A stretch of DNA of 64,000 nucleotides from an uncultured Acidobacteriota bacterium. Lineage in GTDB: Bacteria > Acidobacteriota > Vicinamibacteria > Fen-336. The notes under the pieces were generated by a model. The model saw only the letters and a list, made by a program, of their open reading frames with translations, was not told where the DNA came from and searched no databases. A program made the translations under genes and the position numbers. Position 1 is the stretch's first letter. Each line of letters starts with the position of its first letter. Location: the NCBI GenBank assembly GCA_963720545.1, contig OY970399.1, positions 2,816,001 to 2,880,000 of the forward strand, read 5' to 3'. Positions 55,544-64,000 of this stretch are shown one piece after another.

Positions 55544-57211
55544 ATGCCGCCGGGCGAACCCCTCCAGGCCGACGACTTGCCGCAGGTGCTGGGCGAGATC
55601 TTCCCGACGCTCTCGGCGGCGCAGATCGCCGCGATCGAGCCGCTCGCCGAGGAGCGCAGCTTCGCCGACGGCGATCACATCTGGGAGCAGGGCGACCGCA
55701 ACAACCCGATGTTCGTGGTGCTCGAAGGCGGCATCGAGATCATCTCGGGCAAGGAGCAGGCGGTCACGGTGCACAAGAAGGGTGGCTTCAGCGGCGACGT
55801 GGACCTGCTGTCGGGCCGCCCGGCGGTGGTGCGGGCGCGCGCCAAGGGCGCGACCCGGGTGCTGCAGCTGCCGGCCGCCAGGCTGCGCGAGCTGGTGCAG
55901 ACCAACTCGGAGCTGATGGAGGTGTTCCTCAAGGCCTTCATGCTGCGGCGCGTGGCCCTCGTGTCGTTGGGCGCCGGCAACGTGGTGCTGATCGGCTCGG
56001 CGCACTCGCCGGGGACGTTGGCACTTCGGGAGTTCCTGAGCCGCAACAACCAGCCCTTCACCTATATCGACCTGGACGTGGACGCCGACGTCCAGCAGAC
56101 GCTCGACAGCTTCGGCGTCGGCGTCGCCGACGTGCCGGTCTTCATCTGCCGCGGCGAACGGGTGCTGCGCAAGCCGACGGTGCAGGAAGCGGCCGAGTGC
56201 CTGGGGCTCGATCGCTTCGACGAGGACGTGGTGCGCGACGTGGTGGTGATCGGCGGCGGTCCGGCCGGGCTCGCCGCCGCCGTCTACGGCGCTTCCGAGG
56301 GCCTCGATACGCTGGTGGTGGAAGCAAACGCGCCCGGCGGCCAGGCCGGCTCCAGCTCGCGCATCGAGAACTACCTCGGGTTCCCGGTCGGCATCACCGG
56401 CCAGAAGCTGACCGAGCGGGCGATCGTGCAGGCGGAGAAGTTCGGCGCCGAGGTGGCGGTGGCGCGCACCGCGGTGAAGCTCGTCTGCCAGCGCCGCCCG
56501 TACGTCGTGGACGTCGGCGGCGCGCTGGTGAAGGCGCGCACCGTGGTGATCGCGACCGGCGTGCAGTACCGCAAGGCGGAGATCCCGAACCTCGCGCGCT
56601 TCGAGGGGCTCGGCGTCTATTACAGCGCCACCCACATCGAGGCGATGGTGTGCGGCGGCGAGGAAGTGATCGTGGTCGGCGGCGGCAACTCGGCCGGCCA
56701 GGCGGCGGTGTTCCTCGCGTCGAACCGTTGCCGGGTGCAGATGCTGGTGCGCGGCCCGTGCCTCGCCGCCAGCATGTCGCGGTACCTGGTGCACCGCATC
56801 GAGGAGACGCCGAACATCGCGCTGCAGACGCACGCGCAGATCGAGTCGTTCGACGGCGACGAGACGCTTCGCGCGGTCACCTGGCGCGTACGCAACGGCA
56901 GCGACGAGGTGACGACGCGCGACGTGCGCCACGTGTTCTTCATGACCGGCGCCATTCCCAACACCGACTGGCTGCAAGACTGCCTGGCGCTCGACGAGAA
57001 GCGCTTCGTCAAGACCGGGCCCGACCTGTCGCAGGCCGAGCTGGAGGCCGCGCGCTGGCCGCTGCAGCGCCCGCCGCTGCTGTTCGAAACCAGCCTGCCC
57101 GGCGTGTTCGCGGTCGGCGACGTGCGCGCCAACAGCGTCAAGCGCGTTGCGGCGGCGGTGGGCGAGGGCTCGGTGTGCGTGCAGCTCGTCCACAAGGTGC
57201 TGGCCGAGTAG
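55544..57211 (+). CDS. cNMP-binding domain fused to a thioredoxin-reductase-like FAD-dependent oxidoreductase
   Basis: N-terminal CAP-like domain (IWEQGD...FVVLEGGIEI...GDVDLL...R), then GGGPAGLAAA, GGQAGSSSRIENYLGFP, GGGNSAGQ and GVFAVGDVR. Confidence 0.9.
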   Translation: MPPGEPLQADDLPQVLGEIFPTLSAAQIAAIEPLAEERSFADGDHIWEQGDRNNPMFVVLEGGIEIISGKEQAVTVHKKGGFSGDVDLLSGRPAVVRARAKGATRVLQLPAARLRELVQTNSELMEVFLKAFMLRRVALVSLGAGNVVLIGSAHSPGTLALREFLSRNNQPFTYIDLDVDADVQQTLDSFGVGVADVPVFICRGERVLRKPTVQEAAECLGLDRFDEDVVRDVVVIGGGPAGLAAAVYGASEGLDTLVVEANAPGGQAGSSSRIENYLGFPVGITGQKLTERAIVQAEKFGAEVAVARTAVKLVCQRRPYVVDVGGALVKARTVVIATGVQYRKAEIPNLARFEGLGVYYSATHIEAMVCGGEEVIVVGGGNSAGQAAVFLASNRCRVQMLVRGPCLAASMSRYLVHRIEETPNIALQTHAQIESFDGDETLRAVTWRVRNGSDEVTTRDVRHVFFMTGAIPNTDWLQDCLALDEKRFVKTGPDLSQAELEAARWPLQRPPLLFETSLPGVFAVGDVRANSVKRVAAAVGEGSVCVQLVHKVLAE

Positions 57212-57311
57212 CGCCGTGCGGGCCGCCATGGCGGCGCCCGCTCGCGATGGACCGCCGCCGGGCCGCCGCGCGTTCGCGCGTGTCTGGCCCGGCGACAGGC
57301 GACGACAAGGG

Positions 57312-57935
57312 CTAGATCGGCAGACCGTTATACTCGCGAGCGACGGGCACGAGCTGCTCCAGCACCACCTCCGCCGGAACTGCCTGGCCGACCGGCAGCT
57401 TCAGGCGCGGATCGTCCACGATCGGCGTCAGCAAGAGAGCCTTCTCCACCCGCCGTGCGATGAAATAGAGGTTGAGCGCGGGGACGCGCACCACGAAATC
57501 GGCCGCGCCCGCCTGGCGATACCGGGCAAGTTCGCGAGCCAGTGCTGCGTTGCCGAAGCTCGACGGTTTGAAACGCCCCTCCAGCCCGACGATGGTGACG
57601 GACGAGCGGACCTCGCCGCGCACCGCCACGGGGTAAATCGTCTGGCTGCTCTTCGTCAGCATCCCGTTCACATCGGCGCCCTTTTCAAAGCGGGTCAACT
57701 GGTCGAGGCCGACGTTCTGCACCTCGAGCGGCGGAGTGAGAACGGCCTGTTTCACGTCATCGGCGCTCTCGAAGCCGAGATCGCGGTAGTTCTGGCCGTT
57801 CACCAGCTGCTGCAACACCGAAAGTGCGTCCGCCGCCGCCTGGGCAGGATCGCTGGCCGGCGGCTTTGCGGGTTGCTCCCGTTGGCAGGCCATCGCGAGG
57901 ATCAGCGTACACGGCGCTAGCCACATTGGTTTCAT
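57312..57935 (-). CDS. Hypothetical lipoprotein
   Basis: MKPMWLAPCTLILAMAC lipobox. Starts 1 nt after the protease stop. Confidence 0.7.
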   Translation of the reverse strand: MKPMWLAPCTLILAMACQREQPAKPPASDPAQAAADALSVLQQLVNGQNYRDLGFESADDVKQAVLTPPLEVQNVGLDQLTRFEKGADVNGMLTKSSQTIYPVAVRGEVRSSVTIVGLEGRFKPSSFGNAALARELARYRQAGAADFVVRVPALNLYFIARRVEKALLLTPIVDDPRLKLPVGQAVPAEVVLEQLVPVAREYNGLPI

Positions 57936-57936
57936 G

Positions 57937-58542
57937 TTACGAGCCTCCCGTGTAGGTGATGTCGTAGTAGTCGTTCCAGTGCGAGTGGTCGTAACCTGCT
58001 CCACCGACGTAGTTGTCGTACGTGTAGACCTCCTGGACGCCGCCGTTTTCGGCCAGCTGTGGATTGCTCGGCGGCCAGGGGTTGTTGACGCTGACGTAGT
58101 TCGTGCCGTTGATCGTCACGTAGCCCGTTGCGACCATCATGTGCCCGCCGCCTCCGTTCCAGTGCCATGCGAACGCGAAAGGCCGTTGCGCGCAGTGAAT
58201 CTGGCTGCGCAGCTGGGCCCAGGTGAGCGGTGCATCGGAAGTGACCTTGGCGGTGAAGCTGTACTTTTCGTACTCGGGCCAGCCGCCCTGCACGCAGGCG
58301 TTCGGCACCGGATTGTTGCAGCAGTCGTTGCGCCCGAAGCGGCGGTTCGCCTCGTCGCACTGCACTACGCTCGAAGCAGGGTGCAGGTGATTCATGGTCA
58401 TCTGGCCGCTCGCGGCCCAGCACCACATGTTCGTTTGCTGGCCGCGCAAGGTGACGGGCAGCGCGGCGATGTTAGGCGGATTGCAGCAGCCTGCCATGGC
58501 CAGCAGCAAGGGCAGGTTTACTGCCCACGAGATCCTCGCCAT
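57937..58542 (-). CDS. Papain-like cysteine peptidase lipoprotein (C39-like/AvrRpt2-like)
   Basis: Lipobox MAGC, QQTNMWCWAAS (Cys), GGGHMMV (His), VNNPWP (Asn). AGGAGG RBS. Confidence 0.75.
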   Translation of the reverse strand: MARISWAVNLPLLLAMAGCCNPPNIAALPVTLRGQQTNMWCWAASGQMTMNHLHPASSVVQCDEANRRFGRNDCCNNPVPNACVQGGWPEYEKYSFTAKVTSDAPLTWAQLRSQIHCAQRPFAFAWHWNGGGGHMMVATGYVTINGTNYVSVNNPWPPSNPQLAENGGVQEVYTYDNYVGGAGYDHSHWNDYYDITYTGGS

Positions 58543-58675
58543 ACGGCTCCTCCTTCTGTTCGTCGACGGAGGGGGTCCAATCGGAACGTTGGCGCGAAGA
58601 TACGCCCGGCGGCAGTTGCAAGGCTTCACGAATTCCTAAGGATTGAAGCATTCGGCTAGTCTCCGCCCAAGGACC

Positions 58676-59665
58676 ATGCGCGGAACTCTGGCGCTACAGT
58701 GTCTGCTTGGCACGGCGCTGCTGGCGTCGGCCGGCGACCAAACCCGGTACACACCGACTCCTGGCCAGCTTGTTCGCCTCAACGACGGCAAGCCGATCCT
58801 GTCGCCTTCGGGCACCGGGTTCGCCGCGAAGGGCACCTTCAACCCAGCCGTGGTCCGTCACGCCGATCGGTTCGTCATGCTGTACCGCGCGCAGGACGCG
58901 CAGGGAATTTCGCGTCTGGGCTACGCGGAGAGCAGCGACGGCATCGCCTTCACGCCAGCGCCCGCGCCGGTGCTCTCGCCGGAAGCGCCTTACGAGCGCG
59001 GCGGCGGCGTCGAGGACCCGCGCCTGGTGCTGATTGGCGACACCTACTACCTCACCTACACCGCCTACAACGGCAAGGACGCGCAGCTGGCGCTCGCGAC
59101 CTCGCGCGACTTGCGCAGCTTCGAGCGCAAGGGCGTGATCCTGCCGGCCTACAAGGGCCGCTGGAACGTGAACTGGACGAAGTCGGGAGCGATCCTCGCC
59201 GAGCGTGTCGGCGGCCGCCACTGGATGTACTTCATGGCCGACGCGCGCGGCGCGCATGACCAGACGGGCGTTGCCTGGTCGGACGACCTCGTCCACTGGC
59301 ACGAGCCGCTCGCAGCGCCGGTGCTGCCGCGCCGCCCGGGCCGCTTCGACTCGCGCGTGGTCGAGCCCGGTCCGCCGCCGCTGCTCACGCCGCACGGCAT
59401 CCTGCTCTTCTACAACGCCGCCGACGACGCTCTCGTGTACCGCACCGGCTGGGCTCTCTTCGACCGTGACGATCCCACGAAGCTGCTGGCGCGCTCGGAC
59501 GAGCCGCTGTTCGCGCCGGAAACCGAGTGGGAGAAGGTCGGGCAGGTGCCGAACGTGGTGTTCGTCGAGGGCCTCGTGGTGGAACCCGCACGCTGGCTCC
59601 TCTATTACGGCGCCGCCGACACGCACGTCGGCGTCGCATCGGTGCCGCCGCCCACCTGGCGCTGA
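58676..59665 (+). CDS. GH130-like five-bladed beta-propeller glycosidase/phosphorylase with signal peptide
   Basis: FNPAV, MLYRA, GVEDPRL, YYLTYTAY, WEKVGQVPNVVF and YYGAADT motifs. Confidence 0.88.
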   Translation: MRGTLALQCLLGTALLASAGDQTRYTPTPGQLVRLNDGKPILSPSGTGFAAKGTFNPAVVRHADRFVMLYRAQDAQGISRLGYAESSDGIAFTPAPAPVLSPEAPYERGGGVEDPRLVLIGDTYYLTYTAYNGKDAQLALATSRDLRSFERKGVILPAYKGRWNVNWTKSGAILAERVGGRHWMYFMADARGAHDQTGVAWSDDLVHWHEPLAAPVLPRRPGRFDSRVVEPGPPPLLTPHGILLFYNAADDALVYRTGWALFDRDDPTKLLARSDEPLFAPETEWEKVGQVPNVVFVEGLVVEPARWLLYYGAADTHVGVASVPPPTWR

Positions 59666-59675
59666 CCTAAAGCGC

Positions 59676-61202
59676 CTACAAGGACCGCGCGGCCCACCAC
59701 TCGCGGGCGCGTTCCTGGGTCCACGGCGCGGCGAATGGAATCTCCGCGAGGGCGAGCGCCAGGTCGCGCGCCGCGGGGCGCGCCTGTGGGTCCTTGGCGA
59801 GGCACGACAGCACCAGGGCGTCGAGCTGCGGCGGAATCGCCTGCGCTGCGCGGCGCGACGGCGCGACCGGCTGCATGTGGATGTGTTGGGAGATGACCGC
59901 CATGGCATTTTCGCCGGGGAAGACCAGCTGGCCGGTGAGCAGCCAGTAGGCGACGCAGCCTGCGGCGTACACGTCGGCGCGGCCATCGATGGCGGTGCCC
60001 ATTGCCTGCTCGGGCGCCATGAACGCCGGCGTTCCGTGGACGGCGTTCTCGCGGGTGAGCGCGGCGTCGTTGGCCGAAGCTTCGTGTGCGGCGTCCTGCG
60101 GCGCCTTGACGATGCCGAAGTCGAGCACCTTGACGAAGTCGAATTCCTCACCGTAGTGGCAGAGGAAGATGTTGGCTGGCTTGACGTCGCGGTGCACCAG
60201 GCCACGCGACTCCGCTTCCGACAGGGAATGGCACACCTGCCGCAGGATGAAGACCGCGCGCTCGGGGCTGACGGCCCCGTGGCGCTTCACCAGCGCGTCG
60301 ATGTCGAGCCCGTCGAGCAGCTCCATCACGTAGTAGAAGGCGCCGTCGGCGGCAACCCCGAAGTCGAAGAGGTCCACCGTGTGCGGCGAGCGCAGTTCGG
60401 CGATCACCTGCGCCTCGCGCTCGAAGCGCCGCAGCGCTTCGCCCGACACGCCCGGGCGCGGGTCGCCCGTGACCGACGGGCGGATCAGCTTGATGGCCGC
60501 CGGCCGCGCCAAGAACCGGTGGCGGGCGCGCCACACCTCGCCCATGCCACCCTGGCCCAGCTTTGCCTCGAGGCGATAGGCGCCCAGTTCCCGGGCCAAA
60601 GACACCGCGCGGCGCAGGCGGTGGACGACACGCGAGCCCATGGCGGCGAACACCACGGCGATGGCGGAGCCGACCACCACGTTCACGTAAGCCGCGGCGC
60701 CCGCCACCAGCTGGCCGCCGCGATCGAGGAGGAAGAGGGCCATCGGCTGCATGGCGGCCGAGGCGAGCGCCGCCGCCAGCATGCGCCGCGGCGCCGCCGG
60801 CACGATCAGCGGGAAGAGGATGATCACGGCCGGCACCCACGTCAGGTTCGGCAACATGCCGGTGTCGTGGAAGTACTCCCAGTACGTGCGAAGCGCCAGC
60901 CAGAAGCAGAGCGCGACCTCGTAGAAGAGGCCGGCGTCGAGCAGCCGGGCCGCCTCACGGATGACCCGCCCGCTGCGCGCCGCGAACCCGAGGCACAACG
61001 ACAGGGCCACCACCACGAGGTCGCCGAGGTAGAACGGCAGGTCCGCGAGATAGCCGGGTTCGAGCGGCCGCCCGCCGGTGCGCGCCAGCACCCACGTGAG
61101 CGCGTAGAAGAAAGGATCGATGGCGAACGCGAACGCCATCAGCAGGGCGAGGAGCCCGAGGCGCCGCCGGCCCTCCTCGAGCATGTCGGCGGGCAGCGGC
61201 AC
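59676..61202 (-). CDS. Membrane-bound Ser/Thr protein kinase (N-terminal multi-TM region)
   Basis: LGQGGMGEVW, AAIK, HRDVKPAN, DFG and GTPAFMAPEQ. The frame stays open upstream to about 61283. Confidence 0.93.
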   Translation of the reverse strand: MPLPADMLEEGRRRLGLLALLMAFAFAIDPFFYALTWVLARTGGRPLEPGYLADLPFYLGDLVVVALSLCLGFAARSGRVIREAARLLDAGLFYEVALCFWLALRTYWEYFHDTGMLPNLTWVPAVIILFPLIVPAAPRRMLAAALASAAMQPMALFLLDRGGQLVAGAAAYVNVVVGSAIAVVFAAMGSRVVHRLRRAVSLARELGAYRLEAKLGQGGMGEVWRARHRFLARPAAIKLIRPSVTGDPRPGVSGEALRRFEREAQVIAELRSPHTVDLFDFGVAADGAFYYVMELLDGLDIDALVKRHGAVSPERAVFILRQVCHSLSEAESRGLVHRDVKPANIFLCHYGEEFDFVKVLDFGIVKAPQDAAHEASANDAALTRENAVHGTPAFMAPEQAMGTAIDGRADVYAAGCVAYWLLTGQLVFPGENAMAVISQHIHMQPVAPSRRAAQAIPPQLDALVLSCLAKDPQARPAARDLALALAEIPFAAPWTQERAREWWAARSL

Positions 61203-61293
61203 CGACGAAGAAGACGACGCGCCGCCGTCTTCCGCGCTGCCGCGCTCGGGGCGCAGCAGCGTGACGTCTTGTGGTTCGCTCAGGTCCTTCGGG

Positions 61294-62106
61294 CTACTGC
61301 CAGGCGTCGCCGGACTCGGCGTCGGACTTCAGCTGCGCCTGCTGCTCGTCCATCCACTTCTGGTAGCCCTCGGCGGTGTCCACCGTGACGAAGCCGCGCA
61401 TGCGGTAGTGGCCGAGGCCGCACAGCTGCGCGCAGCCGATCTCGTATTGGAAGTCGGCCTTGCCAGTGCGCTGGCGCATCTCTTCAGTGGTGACGTCCGG
61501 CACGAACCACACCGGGATCGTCAGCCCCGGCACCGCGTCCTGCTTGATGCGCATCTCCCAGAGGGCAAACGAGTGGATGACGTCCTTGCTCGACAGCTCG
61601 ATCAGCACCGGCTTGTTCGCCGGCAGGTAGAGCTGGTTGATGGTGGTGACGTCGTCCTTCGCGTGCGGGTCGGTGCGGTCGAGGCCGAGCGGGTTGGTGG
61701 AGGCGTCGATGAGCGAGTTGTCGCGCCGCCCGAACTCGCCGTCCGGCCCCGGGTAGTGGATGTTCCAGGCGAACTGCTCGCCGATCACGTGGACCACCGT
61801 CGCATCGGCGCGCGGCGGCAGGTTCTCGACGCGCTCGGCCCACAACGGGAACGAGAGGCCGATGAGCAGGAAGGCTTCGGCGACCGCGACCGCCACCTCG
61901 AGATAGGTGGACGCCTTGCTCTTGACGCCGGCGTAGTCGGCCACCGGGTTGGCACCCTTGCGGAAGCGGAACAGGGCAAACAGGAAGAAGCCGCCCCAGC
62001 CGACGAACAGCGCCAGCATTATCCAGTGGACGACCGCGGTCGCCTGATCGAGGGCCAGGCCGTGGGCCGAGGCGAGCTGCGGGAATCCGAGCCAGCGGGT
62101 CATCAT
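61294..62106 (-). CDS. coxB: Cytochrome c oxidase subunit II (no fused cytochrome c)
   Basis: QFAWNIHYPG, SKDVIHSF and CuA motif CAQLCGLGHYRM. Confidence 0.94.
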   Translation of the reverse strand: MMTRWLGFPQLASAHGLALDQATAVVHWIMLALFVGWGGFFLFALFRFRKGANPVADYAGVKSKASTYLEVAVAVAEAFLLIGLSFPLWAERVENLPPRADATVVHVIGEQFAWNIHYPGPDGEFGRRDNSLIDASTNPLGLDRTDPHAKDDVTTINQLYLPANKPVLIELSSKDVIHSFALWEMRIKQDAVPGLTIPVWFVPDVTTEEMRQRTGKADFQYEIGCAQLCGLGHYRMRGFVTVDTAEGYQKWMDEQQAQLKSDAESGDAWQ

Positions 62107-62318
62107 CGGGCGTTCGCTCCGGTTACGAGCCGCAGGCGCGGCTGCGCGTTGGCGGCGGCCAGCTTCGCGTGCTTGCGCAGGTGCAGGAAGAAGGCGACGA
62201 ACGCCCCCTGGATGCAGGCGGTGATGCCGAGCAGCAGCCAGATGCCGAGCCGCGCCGCGTCGACCATGGGACCGTCGGCCTGGCCCAGGCAGGCCGTGCA
62301 GGCGATGAGCGCGTTCAC
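62103..62318 (-). CDS. Small CxxC-containing membrane protein in cox operon
   Basis: GTG overlaps the upstream stop. IACTACLG then a TM helix. Stop overlaps the coxB start. Confidence 0.6.
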   Translation of the reverse strand: MNALIACTACLGQADGPMVDAARLGIWLLLGITACIQGAFVAFFLHLRKHAKLAAANAQPRLRLVTGANAR

Positions 62319-62512
62319 GAGACCCCCTTGTTCTTCTTCAGGAAATGAATTTCGTAGGCGATGAGCGCCAGCCCGACGAGGGCCGCGCCCAGGGCGCCGC
62401 CGAGCCGCGCGGCGCTGTCCACCGGCAGCATCTGGTAGCACCACGCGGCGACGAAGAAAGACAGCAGCACCGAGGCGCTGATGAACACGAGGTGAAAGCC
62501 GCGCAGCGTCAT
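62315..62512 (-). CDS. Small two-TM hypothetical protein in cox operon
   Basis: MTLRGFHLVFISASVLL..., translationally coupled on both sides. Confidence 0.6.
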   Translation of the reverse strand: MTLRGFHLVFISASVLLSFFVAAWCYQMLPVDSAARLGGALGAALVGLALIAYEIHFLKKNKGVS

Positions 62513-62820
62513 CAGTGGATCAGGTGGATGCTGCCCTTGTCGCCGAGGACCGGCGCGAGCAGCAGGACGAAGAACATGAAGACCGTGAGCGCCAGCACGA
62601 AGTAAATGAGCTTCTTCTCGGCGATGAGGTGCATGAACCACGCGCACACCAGCGAGCCCTTGACGAGCGCGATGCCGAGCGCCAGCGTGATCGCGAACTT
62701 GTGCGGCAGGTGCAGGAAATAGGCGCCGACCGTGAAGCCGGTCAGCGCCAGCAGCGCCCCGAACACGAACAGCGCCGAGCGCACGTGCCGGTCGAGGGCC
62801 GCGGTGTCGTTATGGTCCAT
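62512..62820 (-). CDS. coxD: Cytochrome c oxidase subunit IV family protein
   Basis: VFGALLALT and IALVKGSLVCAWFMHL motifs. Confidence 0.88.
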   Translation of the reverse strand: MDHNDTAALDRHVRSALFVFGALLALTGFTVGAYFLHLPHKFAITLALGIALVKGSLVCAWFMHLIAEKKLIYFVLALTVFMFFVLLLAPVLGDKGSIHLIH

Positions 62821-62837
62821 GGTTTCTTTCTAAGCCT

Positions 62838-63428
62838 CTAGAGCAGGTAAAGGATGGGAAAGAGGAAGATCCAGACGAGGTCCACGAGGTGCCAGAAGAG
62901 CCCCGCATTCTCGACCCGGTTGGTGAAATGCACGGGGTCGGTGTGGTACAGCTTCGACCCCGGACCCAGCAGGTAGCCGTTCACGATCATGCCGCCGATC
63001 ACGTGCAGTCCGTGCAGGCCGGTGAGCGTGAAGTAGATGGCGAGGAACGTGTTGGTGTGCGGCAGGTAGCCGTGGTGGAACTTCGCCTCGTACTCGACAT
63101 ACTTGATGCCGAGGAAGATGAAGCCGGCGAGGATCGTGAGACCCATGTAGATGTTGAACTTGCCCTTGTCGCGGCGCGCCACGGCGGCCCAGGCGAGCAC
63201 CACCGTGATCGACGAGCTGATGAGCACCACGGTGTTGACCGTGGCGAGCGGGATGTTCAGGTAGGTGGCTCCGGGCGGCCAGGACGCGGCACCGACGCGC
63301 AGCATGATGTAGGACGCGAACAGCGCGCCGAACAGCATCACCTCGGAGGCGAGAAAGAGCCAGATGCCGATCTTGCCGTTGGTGAGCCCGGTGTCGGGCC
63401 GGGCGTGGACGGTGTAGGGGATTTCCAT
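62838..63428 (-). CDS. coxC: Cytochrome c oxidase subunit III
   Basis: GIWLFLASEVMLFGALF, YFTLTGLHGLHV and GLFWHLVD motifs. Confidence 0.93.
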   Translation of the reverse strand: MEIPYTVHARPDTGLTNGKIGIWLFLASEVMLFGALFASYIMLRVGAASWPPGATYLNIPLATVNTVVLISSSITVVLAWAAVARRDKGKFNIYMGLTILAGFIFLGIKYVEYEAKFHHGYLPHTNTFLAIYFTLTGLHGLHVIGGMIVNGYLLGPGSKLYHTDPVHFTNRVENAGLFWHLVDLVWIFLFPILYLL

Positions 63429-63432
63429 CGCC

Positions 63433-64000
63433 TTAGGCCTTTCCTTCCGCTTCCCACTGGGGCGAATAGTCGCGCGGTGCGCCGGGGACCGAATACTCGT
63501 AGGGCCCGCGGTAGACCTCGACCGGGGTGAGGAAGTTGCCGTGCGGCGGCGGCGACGGCGCCGCCCATTCGAGGGTGGTCGCCTGCCACGGGTTGTCGCC
63601 GACCTTCTTGCCCTTGAAGGCGCTGTAGAAGAAGTTGGCGATGAACACGAGCTGCACGAGGCCCAGGCTCCAGGCGCCGATCGAGGACACCACGTTCCAG
63701 TGCAGGACGTGCTGCGCGTGCGCGTAGGTGGCGCCGCCGTCATAGAGGCGCCGCGACACGCCGGCGAGCCCCATGATGAAGAACGGCATGAAGATCACGT
63801 TCATGAAGATGATCGAGCCGGCGAAGTGGATCTTGCCGAGCGTCTCGTTCATCTGCCGTCCGGTCGCCTTCGGGAACCAGTAGTAGATGCCGGCGAACAG
63901 GCCGAAGATGGTGCCCGGCGCGACCACGTAGTGGAAGTGGCCGATGACGTAGAGGGTGTCGTGCAGGTGGATGTCGGTGGCGGTGAGGCCGAGCGGCAGG
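63433..64000 (-). CDS. coxA: Cytochrome c oxidase subunit I, C-terminal part (truncated by window end)
   Basis: DIHLHDTLYVIGHFHY, YYWFPK, GVSRRLY and NPWQATTLEW...PPPHGNF. Confidence 0.93.
   Translation of the reverse strand, partial: LPLGLTATDIHLHDTLYVIGHFHYVVAPGTIFGLFAGIYYWFPKATGRQMNETLGKIHFAGSIIFMNVIFMPFFIMGLAGVSRRLYDGGATYAHAQHVLHWNVVSSIGAWSLGLVQLVFIANFFYSAFKGKKVGDNPWQATTLEWAAPSPPPHGNFLTPVEVYRGPYEYSVPGAPRDYSPQWEAEGKA

Noticed and set aside
57215..57245. GC-rich hairpin (GCCGCCATGGCGGC core) between convergent genes as an intrinsic terminator
   Set aside because: No U-tract on either strand, so too weak to call.

Overview
High-GC, gene-dense bacterial chromosome segment. Gene content (paired DUF507 genes, ACIII-caa3 operon, DUF5916 barrels) suggests an Acidobacteriota-like diderm, which is inference only. 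1-16.4 kb is housekeeping and envelope: folP end, cdaA-cdaR-glmM, DoxX, PP2C plus Ser/Thr kinase, GAF protein, DHDPS-like aldolase, DUF899, DAGK, GT4/GT2, and pyrE-truA-uppS-cdsA-dxr-rseP. 16.4-26.7 kb holds two tandem DUF5916-type outer-membrane proteins, upp, two DUF507 genes, a BON/OmpA pair, a palindromic repeat cluster, a small beta-barrel and an M4 metalloprotease. 26.8-64 kb is dominated by three respiratory modules. (1) A canonical alternative complex III (actA-G) with sco and an A2-type caa3 oxidase, carrying many apparent frameshifts. (2) An atypical module of actA, actB and an actE-like gene with no actC/D/F, followed by a CydA-like subunit (no Q-loop, no cydB) and three further c-type cytochromes. 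(3) A second heme-copper oxidase operon on the minus strand, cut by the window end. Between these lie an RND efflux operon, a tandem hairpin repeat, a GNAT, a cNMP-thioredoxin-reductase-like fusion, a papain-like lipoprotein pair, a GH130-like enzyme and a membrane Ser/Thr kinase. The most notable items are module (2), a dispersed covarying hairpin repeat family, and CxxCH motifs in both DUF5916 paralogues. All calls rest on motif recognition by eye, with no database searches.
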